Shown here piece by piece: positions 19,433 to 27,425 of a stretch of DNA of 31,979 nt. This DNA comes from Chthoniobacteraceae bacterium (GTDB lineage Bacteria; Verrucomicrobiota; Verrucomicrobiia; Chthoniobacterales; Chthoniobacteraceae): NCBI GenBank assembly GCA_040081625.1, contig JBEBGD010000065.1, positions 1 through 31,979 of the forward strand, given 5' to 3'. The translations under genes were made by a program, and so were the position numbers. How positions within the stretch are numbered: the first letter of the stretch is position 1; each line of letters begins with the position of its first letter. The notes under the pieces are model-generated. The model made no database searches. It was not told where the DNA came from and was given only the letters and a program-made list of their open reading frames with translations.

Positions 19433-21025
19433 GTGAAACGAGGCCTTTGGCTCGCCTTATTTTTTGTCGTCGTCCTGCTCGCTGGAACTGCGCGCTCACA
19501 CCGCCTGCGCGATGTCTTCGTCGATGGAAAAATCTACTTCCTCGACGCCGACTGTTACTCACGAATGACGCGCGTGCTGATGGTCGCCGAGGGGCGCTCG
19601 TGGACGATCCGGCATCACGACTTCGAGAACTGGCCGCAAGGCATCACGCCGCACACGACCGCGCCGCTCGACTGGCTGATTGTCGCGCTCTCTAAGCTCG
19701 TCAAGCCGGGCGAGGGAAGTGTGCTGCGCGGGCAGTCGCTCGACCTCGCCGGCGCGCTCATCGGTCCGGTGCTCGGGATGATCGCGTGCGCCTTCGTCGC
19801 GCTTTCGCGTCGCTCGTGGTGGACGCTTGTGGCGGCTGGATTCGTCGCCGTGAGTCCGATCCTGGTGCATGGCACGTCGCTCGGGCGGCCCGATCATCAG
19901 GCGCTGCTCATCGCGCTCGTCGCCGCGGCGCTCGCGCTCGAGTGGCGCTTGCTGGAGAAGGCGACGCGTGGCGTGGCTGCGGGCGCGGGAGTGTTGTGGG
20001 GTGTCGCCTGGTGGGTGTCGCTTTACGAACCGCTCGTTCTTTTCGCGCTCGTGCTCGTCGCGCTCGCCGTCGCGCGGCCGGCGGCGTTTCGCGAGCGCGA
20101 GCGGTGGTGGGGGTGGGCGGCGCTGCTCGCGGTGTTTGGTGTGTCGGTGCTCATCGATGGTTGGCGCGTTGCATTGCCGGCGGCGGAGTTGCGTGAAGCG
20201 TTCGCGCGCTGGCGGCTGAGCATCGGCGAGCTTCACGCACTCGACGCGTCGCTGATCTTCCGCTGGCTCGGATGGGCGTGTGTGCTCGCGCCGCTCGCGC
20301 TCGGCTGGCAGTGGCGTCGCGCCGAAGCGCGCTGGCTGCTCGTGCTGCTCGTCGCGACTTTTGCGCTCACGTGCTGGCAGCTTCGTTGGGGTTACTTCCT
20401 CGCGTTGATCTTCGCGCTGTCGCTGCCGATTCAGGTCGAAGCACTGGCGCGACGTCGATGGCTGGCGGGTGTGGTGATGTTCGTCGGTTTGTGGCCGATG
20501 GCGGCGGAATGGGACGCGGCACTCTTCAACGACGATCCGCTCGTCGCGCGTGAACGACTGGTGCAGCGCATGGAGGCGAAAGCGTTGCGCGCGATCGCGG
20601 AAGAGCAGGGCGCTCGTAATGCCGGCCCCTTCGTCGCGCCGTGGTGGCTCTCGCCGGCGATCTCGTATTGGAGCGGGCAGCCGGGTGTCGCCGGAAGTTC
20701 CCACCAGAGCCTGCCGGGCATTCTCGACTCGGCGCGCATCTTCCTCGCGCCGGATGCAGGCGCGGCGCTGGCACTGCTCCGCGAGCGGCGCGTGGCGTGG
20801 GTGCTCGCCGATGTGCCGGAGCGGGTGGTGCCGACTTCCTCGACGCTGCTCGGCGTCGCCGCGCCGGAGGATTGTTTCGCCCACGACTTGATGAGGGCTG
20901 CCTTTCCCGAACCGTGGACGCTCTTGCTCGTGCCGGAGCGCAGTCTGCCCCGCATGGAGAATGACATTTTCAAAGTCTGGCGTGTCCGTGGCGACACGGC
21001 GCCTGCTAGTGTCCCCGCGAAATGA
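19433..21025 (+). CDS. Polytopic GT-C membrane glycosyltransferase, STT3/AglB/PglB oligosaccharyltransferase-like (divergent)
   Basis: About 11-13 hydrophobic segments; loop-1 FLDADCYSR..R and D.ENWP.G; GRPDHQ; SIGEL; soluble C-domain APWWLSPAISYWSGQPGVAG. GTG 19433 chosen as start because the track's ATG 19313 overlaps the gyrB promoter. Confidence 0.65.
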   Translation: MKRGLWLALFFVVVLLAGTARSHRLRDVFVDGKIYFLDADCYSRMTRVLMVAEGRSWTIRHHDFENWPQGITPHTTAPLDWLIVALSKLVKPGEGSVLRGQSLDLAGALIGPVLGMIACAFVALSRRSWWTLVAAGFVAVSPILVHGTSLGRPDHQALLIALVAAALALEWRLLEKATRGVAAGAGVLWGVAWWVSLYEPLVLFALVLVALAVARPAAFRERERWWGWAALLAVFGVSVLIDGWRVALPAAELREAFARWRLSIGELHALDASLIFRWLGWACVLAPLALGWQWRRAEARWLLVLLVATFALTCWQLRWGYFLALIFALSLPIQVEALARRRWLAGVVMFVGLWPMAAEWDAALFNDDPLVARERLVQRMEAKALRAIAEEQGARNAGPFVAPWWLSPAISYWSGQPGVAGSSHQSLPGILDSARIFLAPDAGAALALLRERRVAWVLADVPERVVPTSSTLLGVAAPEDCFAHDLMRAAFPEPWTLLLVPERSLPRMENDIFKVWRVRGDTAPASVPAK

Positions 21026-22446
21026 GCGTTCAATTCGACTTCGTAGTCATCGGAGGCGGCAGCGCGGGATACGCAGGGGCCTCGGCTGCGGCGCGGCTGG
21101 GCTTGCGCACGGCGGTAGTGGAAGGGGCGCGCGAGGTCGGCGGGTTGTGCATCCTGCGCGGCTGCATGCCGAGCAAGACGCTGCTCGAATCGGCGCACCG
21201 CGCGGAGGCGGTCCGCAGGGCAGGGGAGTTCGGGCTGCGTGCGGAATACTTCGGCGCGAACGCGGCTGCGATTCGTGCTCGGAAGCGGCGGTTGATCGGC
21301 GAGTTCGCGGACTACCGGCGGGGGCAGCTCGAACACGGGCAGTTCGAGCTCATCCGTGGCCAGTCTGAGTTCGTCGATGCGCATACCGTCGATGTCCGTC
21401 TGCTCGACGGCGGATTGCGCCGGGTCGAATCGCGGGCCTTTCTCGTCGCGACCGGCTCGGAGATCGCGGTGCCGCCTCTGCCCGGCCTCGCAGAAGCCGG
21501 CTACAGGACGAGCGATGACGTGCTCGATGCCGATGAGTTTCCGGATTCGGTATGCGTGCTCGGCGGCGGCGCGATCGCGCTGGAGCTGGCGAGCTTCTTT
21601 CACGGCATCGGCGTTCCGACGACGATCATTCAGCGGAGCGCGCATGTGCTTCGTGAGATGGATACCGATGTCGCCGACGAACTGACGCGCGCGCTTGAGC
21701 GTCGCGGAATCGCCGTCCATCGCGATACGACGATCGCCGCGATCGTCCGGGACGGGGCGATCAAACGCGTGGAATACACCGATGCTGCGGGCGATTCGCA
21801 TGCAGTAGAGGCGCACGAGATCGTCTGCGCGCTCGGCCGACGGCCGGCAACCCACGGCCTTGGTCTCGATCGTGCCGGGGTGACGCTCGATGCGGCGCGG
21901 ATTCCAATCTCCGAGACCCAGCAGAGCAGCGCGCCGCATATCTTCGCGGCGGGCGACGTGTGCGGCCCGCACGAGGTCGTGCATCTCGCGATCGAGCAGG
22001 GTGTGCTAGCCGCGCGCAACGCGGCGCGACTGCTCGGCAAGCTCGGCGGCGAACTTGATCGGATGGACTACGCGCTCAAGCTGTTTGCGGTCTTCACTGA
22101 TCCGCAGGCGGCGATGGTTGGCCTCACCGAGCGTGAGGCTCTCGAGCTGGGGATCGACTTCGTCGCCGCGAAATATGCCTTTGCCGATTGTGGCAAGGCG
22201 ATGGTCCGCGGAGAGATCGACGGCTTCGTGAAGCTCATCGCGGAGCGCGAATCGCGGCGCATCATCGGCGGCGCGTGCGTCGGGCCGGAGGCGAGCGAGC
22301 TGATCCACGAGATCGTCGTCGCGATGCGCTTCGGCGCGACCGCGGCGCAGCTCGCCAGCACGCCGCACTATCATCCGACACTCAGCGAGATCTGGACTTA
22401 TCCGGCGGATGAACTCGCTGCCGGCGCGCCTGAAGCGGCAGGATGA
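21022..22446 (+). CDS. FAD-dependent pyridine nucleotide-disulfide oxidoreductase (dihydrolipoamide dehydrogenase/mercuric reductase family)
   Basis: IGGGSAG; redox disulfide GGLCILRGCMPSK; ATGS; GGGAIALE; IFAAGDV; HYHPTLSE. ATGA overlap with the upstream gene. Confidence 0.9.
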   Translation: MSVQFDFVVIGGGSAGYAGASAAARLGLRTAVVEGAREVGGLCILRGCMPSKTLLESAHRAEAVRRAGEFGLRAEYFGANAAAIRARKRRLIGEFADYRRGQLEHGQFELIRGQSEFVDAHTVDVRLLDGGLRRVESRAFLVATGSEIAVPPLPGLAEAGYRTSDDVLDADEFPDSVCVLGGGAIALELASFFHGIGVPTTIIQRSAHVLREMDTDVADELTRALERRGIAVHRDTTIAAIVRDGAIKRVEYTDAAGDSHAVEAHEIVCALGRRPATHGLGLDRAGVTLDAARIPISETQQSSAPHIFAAGDVCGPHEVVHLAIEQGVLAARNAARLLGKLGGELDRMDYALKLFAVFTDPQAAMVGLTEREALELGIDFVAAKYAFADCGKAMVRGEIDGFVKLIAERESRRIIGGACVGPEASELIHEIVVAMRFGATAAQLASTPHYHPTLSEIWTYPADELAAGAPEAAG

Positions 22447-22449
22447 ACT

Positions 22450-23691
22450 TCAACCGCCGCGTCGTGGCGTGAGCTCGCCCGGGCGCGTGTGCAAGGCCTC
22501 GAGGTCGAGGCTCATGTCGGTCGCTGCGTCGTTGTTGGTGCCCATCTGCTTCTTCGCCATGTCGATGGCCTTGCGCATCTCGGGCTTGTTCACGCTGTTG
22601 TTCATCGCGGTGTCCTCGCTGATGCGGCCCTCGCGGAAAAAGTTCAGCAGCGACATCTCGAAGGTGTGCCAGCCGTGGACGCTGTTGTCCTCGATGATTT
22701 CGTGAAAGCGGCGCAGGTCGCTTTCGCCGAGCAGCACGGCCTCGCGGACGCGAAGGTTTGAGCCCATCAGTTCGCTGGCGAGGATTCGTCCGCCGGCGAC
22801 CTTCGGGATGAGGCGCTGGCTGACGACGTAGCGCAACACGTCGGCGAGGCGCTCGCGGATTTGCCCTTCCTCGTCCTGGTCGAACATACCGATGATGCGG
22901 TGGATGGTTTGCGAAGCGTTGATGGTGTGCAGCGTGGCAAAGACGACGTGGCCGGTTTCTGCGGCCGTCAGCGCGATTTCCATCGTCTCGCGATCACGCA
23001 CTTCGCCGACGAGGATGATTTTCGGCGCCTGGCGCAGTGCGGCGCGCAGGCCCGTGATGAAATCGGGAAAGTCGCGCCCGAGTTCGCGCTGGCTGAACGT
23101 GGCGCGCTTGTGCGGGTGGAGGTATTCGATGGGATCCTCGAGGGTGACGACGTGGACATCCTGAGCCCCGTTGATCTCGTTGAGTATGGCGGCGAGCGAG
23201 GTCGTCTTGCCGGTGCCAGTGGCGCCGGTGACGAAGATCAGTCCGTTTTTCTCGCGGGCGATTTCCTTGCAGAGCGGCGGAAGCTTGAGGCCGTCAATCG
23301 TCGGAATGTCCGTGCTCAACCTGCGCATGACGATGGCGTGATGGCCATTCTGCTTGAAGACGTTCACGCGAAACCTGGCGACGTTCGGCACGGCGTAGCT
23401 GGTGTCGCATGAGCCGCGCTCCTGATAGTCGAGCTTGAGGCGTTCGATTTCCCCGATGAGTTTCTCGGCGATCATTCTCGTATGCGCCGGCTGGAGCGCG
23501 GGCATGAACTGGGGGATGTCCACCGGGCGCAGTTTTCCAAACGCTTCGACTTGCGGCGCTTTGCCAACGACGAAGAGGCAATCGGAGATGCCGTCGGAAG
23601 CGGCGAGCATCGTCGCCAGGACGGTGTCGAGGTTCAGGGGCTGTGCCGAGGGGTTCGGCGTGCTGGTGATGAGGCGGGCTAGCGCTGGCAT
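22450..23691 (-). CDS. pilT: PilT/PilU-family type IV pilus retraction ATPase
   Basis: RFRVNVF; Walker A GATGTGKTT; Asp box TLEDPIE; Walker B LRQAPKIILVGEVRD; His box TGHVVFATLHT; SQRL. Start at ATG 23691 is approximate. Confidence 0.9.
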   Translation of the reverse strand: MPALARLITSTPNPSAQPLNLDTVLATMLAASDGISDCLFVVGKAPQVEAFGKLRPVDIPQFMPALQPAHTRMIAEKLIGEIERLKLDYQERGSCDTSYAVPNVARFRVNVFKQNGHHAIVMRRLSTDIPTIDGLKLPPLCKEIAREKNGLIFVTGATGTGKTTSLAAILNEINGAQDVHVVTLEDPIEYLHPHKRATFSQRELGRDFPDFITGLRAALRQAPKIILVGEVRDRETMEIALTAAETGHVVFATLHTINASQTIHRIIGMFDQDEEGQIRERLADVLRYVVSQRLIPKVAGGRILASELMGSNLRVREAVLLGESDLRRFHEIIEDNSVHGWHTFEMSLLNFFREGRISEDTAMNNSVNKPEMRKAIDMAKKQMGTNNDAATDMSLDLEALHTRPGELTPRRGG

Positions 23692-23746
23692 GGACTGTTC
23701 CGCAATGGAAACATGTTTCGTGCCGGAACGGGGCAAGCTTTAAACC

Positions 23747-24775
23747 TCAGGCTGAAGCGTGCGCCGTCGCTTGCGCGTGGCAGCGTTGCACGGCTTCGAC
23801 AATGTGCGGATTGACCTGATGGCGGGTGGTCTCGCGCGCCATGCGGATGGCGTTCTTGATGGCGATCGGAGAGCTGCCCCCGTGGGCGATGATACAGACC
23901 CCATCGACGCCGAGCAGTGGCATGCCGCCGTATTCGTCCGCGCTGGTGAGCGCGTGGACGGCGCGAAAGGCAGGTTTGCAGAGCATGGCGCCGGCTTTGC
24001 GGATCGGGGTTTTCATCAGCTCCGTCTTGAGAAGCCGGAACATCCCTTTCGCGAGCGCTTCGCAGGCCTTGAGCACGACATTGCCGGTGAAGCCGTCGGT
24101 TACGACGACATCGACCACGCCTTCAAAAAGGTCGTGCCCTTCGATGTTGCCGCGAAAATTTACGCCACAGGCTTTGATCAAGGTGTGCGCGGCGAGGGTC
24201 AGTTCGTTGCCCTTAAATTCCTCGCTTCCGTTTGAGAGCAGACCAGCGTGTGGGTTTGGCAGCCCGAGCACGTGCCGGCAGTAGGCCAGCGCCATGATCG
24301 CGTTGTCTTCGAGTTGCTGTGGTGTCGGGTCGGGATTGGCACCGGCATCGCAGAGGAGGAAATGGCCACCGTGCTCGGTTGGCATTGTCGCCGCGATGGC
24401 GGGTCGCTCGATTCCGGGGAGCATCCGAAGCTTGATCGTCGCGGCGCTGACTGCGGCTCCGGTATTCCCTGCACTCACGATCGCGTCGGCGGTGCGGGCT
24501 TTGACGAGATCGACCGCGCGGCTGACCGAGGAGTCCTTCTTCTTGCGCACTGCGTCGATGCCGCTGTCGTGCATCTCGACGACTTGCGTGGTGTGAACGA
24601 TCTCGATCCGGCGGTCGTTGCAGCCGAGTAGCTTGAGTTCGCTCTCGATCCGGGCGGTGTCGCCGGTCAGGAAAAGCTGCGTGATGTCTGGAAACTCGCG
24701 CAGGGCAAGGCTTGCGCCGGCGATGAGCTGCGTCGGCCCATCGTCATGCCCCATCGCGTCGAGGGCGATCTTCAT
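23747..24775 (-). CDS. plsX: Phosphate acyltransferase PlsX
   Basis: MKIALDAMG, VSAGNTGA, ERPAI, DAGAN, G.EE.KGN, GNIEG, TDGFTGNVVLK..E, YGG.PLLG, HGGS. Confidence 0.97.
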   Translation of the reverse strand: MKIALDAMGHDDGPTQLIAGASLALREFPDITQLFLTGDTARIESELKLLGCNDRRIEIVHTTQVVEMHDSGIDAVRKKKDSSVSRAVDLVKARTADAIVSAGNTGAAVSAATIKLRMLPGIERPAIAATMPTEHGGHFLLCDAGANPDPTPQQLEDNAIMALAYCRHVLGLPNPHAGLLSNGSEEFKGNELTLAAHTLIKACGVNFRGNIEGHDLFEGVVDVVVTDGFTGNVVLKACEALAKGMFRLLKTELMKTPIRKAGAMLCKPAFRAVHALTSADEYGGMPLLGVDGVCIIAHGGSSPIAIKNAIRMARETTRHQVNPHIVEAVQRCHAQATAHASA

Positions 24776-24849
24776 GGCTGCAAGTTCAACGCTGCCGGGC
24801 TAGGGGACGGCAAGCGCAAACTGCGGTGTGAGCGAATGTTTTGGCCCCC

Positions 24850-24892
24850 AAAAATAAACCAGCCGCTCCACGCAAATACGCAGAGCGGCTGG
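24850..24892 (-). terminator. Intrinsic terminator after rpmF
   Basis: Inverted repeat CCAGCCGCTC (24859-24868) / GAGCGGCTGG (24883-24892), extendable by G:U pairs on the minus transcript, followed by TTTATTTTT. Confidence 0.75.
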
Positions 24893-24917
24893 CTCGGGGG
24901 GAGGGAAGGAAAAGGGA

Positions 24918-25100
24918 CTAGGACAGTTCGACCGTGAGCACCTGGCGGCCTTTGTAGTAGCCGCAGGACGGGCAGACAGTGTGCGGGATCTTCGCGCTGC
25001 CACACTGGCCGCACTTGTTCAGCATCGGCGCTTTCCAGCGGTTGGCCGCCTTGCGAATTCGCAGGCGCATTTTCGAAGTTTTACGTTTTGGGACACCCAT
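24918..25100 (-). CDS. rpmF: 50S ribosomal protein bL32 (zinc-ribbon, C+ form)
   Basis: MGVPKRKTSK...CGQCG...PHTVCPSCGYYKGRQV; lies between yceD and plsX. Confidence 0.97.
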   Translation of the reverse strand: MGVPKRKTSKMRLRIRKAANRWKAPMLNKCGQCGSAKIPHTVCPSCGYYKGRQVLTVELS

Positions 25101-25106
25101 GGTGAG

Positions 25107-25556
25107 CTATTTGATTTTGAGTTTGTCGAGCGCGCCCCAGACATCGGGCCGGTCTTCGGCGGGCTCGAGCCCGGCTGAAGGCGGGCGTTCAACGCCAGGA
25201 CACTTCCTTTTCCCGCTCCAGTCGCATCGCGGATGGGGCGGAAGGGCGAGCAGAATGTCTTCCCTGAGCGTATCCGTCAAATTGATTTCCTCGGAACTCG
25301 TGAGTTCGATCTGACAGGCGAAGTCATCGACGCGGATGGGAAGGGTAAAGCGCTCCAGGCAGCCCACGCATGCCACCTCCAGATCGACTGCCACGCGGCC
25401 CGTGGCAAAGAATCCGCCCTCGCTCAGCCCGACATCGAGCGAGTAGCTGACCGGGGTGAGCGCAGTAATGTCGGCACTGAGGGCCAGAAATGCGGCCGAT
25501 TCTTCGCCTTCGAAGTGCGCTCCCTCGGGTGGGATTTGGCTGGTGTGAATTTTCAT
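25107..25556 (-). CDS. yceD: YceD/DUF177 family protein
   Basis: CVGCL, LREDILLALP.HP.C...C.G, W.AL.KL; position upstream of rpmF; ATG overlaps the coaD stop. Confidence 0.88.
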   Translation of the reverse strand: MKIHTSQIPPEGAHFEGEESAAFLALSADITALTPVSYSLDVGLSEGGFFATGRVAVDLEVACVGCLERFTLPIRVDDFACQIELTSSEEINLTDTLREDILLALPPHPRCDWSGKRKCPGVERPPSAGLEPAEDRPDVWGALDKLKIK

Positions 25557-26050
25557 GGATGGCTCGGCGCCTCCGGATTGAATTTGGCCCGCAACGCGGC
25601 ACCGACGCACGATGGCACGAACTCATCGACGCCGCCACCGAGCATGGCGATTTCTTTGACGATCCGCGAGCTCAGATACGTCGATTGCTCGATCGGCGTG
25701 AGGAAGATCGTCTCGATCGTCGGATCAAGTTTGCGGTTCATCAACGACATCTGGAGCTCGAACTCGAAGTCGGTAACGGCCCGCAAGCCGCGGATCAGCG
25801 CGACCGCGCCCTGCTCGTGGGCGAAATTCACAAGCAGTCCGTGGAAGCGCGCCACGCGGACATTCGGGAGATCGCGCGTGCAAATGGTGAGCAGCGAGGC
25901 CCTTTCCTCGGTAGTGAAGAGCGAGGCTTTTTGCTCGTTGAACGTCACCGCGACGATCACTTCGTCGAAGAGGCGCACCGCGCGCCGAAGCACGTCGAGA
26001 TGGCCGTTGTGCGGCGGATCGAAGGAGCCGGGGTAAATTGCTCGGCGCAT
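25553..26050 (-). CDS. coaD: Pantetheine-phosphate adenylyltransferase
   Basis: AIYPGSFDPPHNGHLD, IRGLRAVTDFEFE, LSSRIVKEIA. Confidence 0.97.
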   Translation of the reverse strand: MRRAIYPGSFDPPHNGHLDVLRRAVRLFDEVIVAVTFNEQKASLFTTEERASLLTICTRDLPNVRVARFHGLLVNFAHEQGAVALIRGLRAVTDFEFELQMSLMNRKLDPTIETIFLTPIEQSTYLSSRIVKEIAMLGGGVDEFVPSCVGAALRAKFNPEAPSHP

Positions 26051-26062
26051 GGTTCTGCGGAG

Positions 26063-27319
26063 TTAGAAGGTGTGGATGAAAAGGCCGGATCGCAGCTTCG
26101 GCTCGAACCATGTGCTTTTCGGCGGCATGATCTGCCCGGCATCCGCGATCGCCATGAGTTGTTCGACGGTCGTCGGAAACATCGAGAAAGCGACCGCGGC
26201 TTTTCCGGAATCGACCAGCCGCACGAGTTCGTCGGTCCCTCGGATTCCACCGATGAATTCGATGCGCTTGCTCGTGCGCGGATCGTCGATCCCGAGCAGT
26301 GGAGCGAGCAACCGCTCCTGCAACCCGCTCACATCGAGGCGCGAGATCGGATCCGCGTCCGGTGCAGGCTGCCAGGTGAGTTGGTGCCACGCGCCGTCGA
26401 GATACATGCTGATTTCGCCGGGGCGTGCCGGCTTCGGAGGGCCGTCGGCATTTAGCGTAAAGACGCTCCCGACTCTCCCGAGAAACTCGCGAGCGCTCAT
26501 CCCGGCGAGGTCGCGGACGGTGCGGTTGTAGGGCAGGATTTGGAGTTGGCTGGCGGGAAACAGCACGGCGAGGAACCAATCGTAGTCCTTGTTCCCCGTC
26601 GCGCTCGGATCGCTGGCCCGCAACTCGAGTCCGACCCGCGCCGCGCTCGCCGTGCGATGATGGCCGTCAGCGACATACGCCGCGGGGAGTTTCGCGAACT
26701 CCGCGACGAATCTCGCGGAGACCTCCGGTTGGTTGATCCGCCAGACCGTGTGGCGGACTCCATCCGGCGCGACGAAATCGTAGGCGGGCGGGAGTTGCTT
26801 CTCCTGCGCGACCAATGCGTCGATCGCTCCATGGTCGCGATAGGTCAGAAACACCGGGCCGGTGTTCGCCCGGAGCGTTCCGATGAGGTGAGTGCGATCG
26901 TCTTCCTTCTCCTGCCGCGTCCGCTCATGCTTTTTGATGATGTCGCGGGCCTCCGGGTTTTCCGCGCGTTCGTGGACGTAATCATCCATGTGACACACGG
27001 TAGCCAGCCCCGTCTGCGCATGGTCGCCCATCCGTTGTTCGTAGAGATAGAGGCTGGGCGCAGCTTCGCGAACAAGCGCGCCGCATTCCTGCAAGCGATT
27101 GAAATTGCGGCGCGCGGTTTCATAGACCGCGCCGGAGTATGGGCTGGCGTCTGCGGGCAGATCGATCTCCGCGCGATCGACATGCAGCAGGCTGTTTGGG
27201 CTCCCGGCGGCAAGAGCCGCAGCTTCGTCGCGATCCACCACATCGTAGGGCACACAGGTGATTTCATTCACGAGGTGCGGGGCGGGGCAGAGGCCTTGGA
27301 ATGGACGGATGCGAAGCAT
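26063..27319 (-). CDS. DUF1015 family protein
   Basis: IRPF.G, PYDVV, IKKHE.TR..KE.DR, ANTGPVFLTY, YVADGHHRTASA, ILPYNR, MPPKSTWFEPKLRSGL. Start placed at ATG 27319. Confidence 0.9.
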   Translation of the reverse strand: MLRIRPFQGLCPAPHLVNEITCVPYDVVDRDEAAALAAGSPNSLLHVDRAEIDLPADASPYSGAVYETARRNFNRLQECGALVREAAPSLYLYEQRMGDHAQTGLATVCHMDDYVHERAENPEARDIIKKHERTRQEKEDDRTHLIGTLRANTGPVFLTYRDHGAIDALVAQEKQLPPAYDFVAPDGVRHTVWRINQPEVSARFVAEFAKLPAAYVADGHHRTASAARVGLELRASDPSATGNKDYDWFLAVLFPASQLQILPYNRTVRDLAGMSAREFLGRVGSVFTLNADGPPKPARPGEISMYLDGAWHQLTWQPAPDADPISRLDVSGLQERLLAPLLGIDDPRTSKRIEFIGGIRGTDELVRLVDSGKAAVAFSMFPTTVEQLMAIADAGQIMPPKSTWFEPKLRSGLFIHTF

Positions 27320-27357
27320 AAGGGCGCGTAGGAAAGCGCGCTGCGCCCATCGCGCGA

Positions 27358-27397
27358 GAAGAAAAACGCCTCCGACGCGCAAGGCGTCGGAGGCGTT
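27358..27397 (-). terminator. Intrinsic terminator of the DUF1501-PSD1 operon
   Basis: Perfect 14-bp inverted repeat AACGCCTCCGACGC (27365-27378) / GCGTCGGAGGCGTT (27384-27397) with a 5-nt loop, running into TTTTTCTTC on the minus strand; 28 nt after the PSD1 stop. Confidence 0.85.
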
Positions 27398-27425
27398 GAG
27401 TTCTTCGGTGTTGTCGCTTGTCGCC

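Noticed and set aside
19559..21984. 441-aa and 517-aa minus-strand ORFs
   Set aside because: Antisense to the OST-like and flavoprotein genes; Arg/Ala-rich with no motifs.
21022..22446. Mercuric reductase (merA) call
   Set aside because: No C-terminal Cys-Cys, no NmerA domain, no mer operon.
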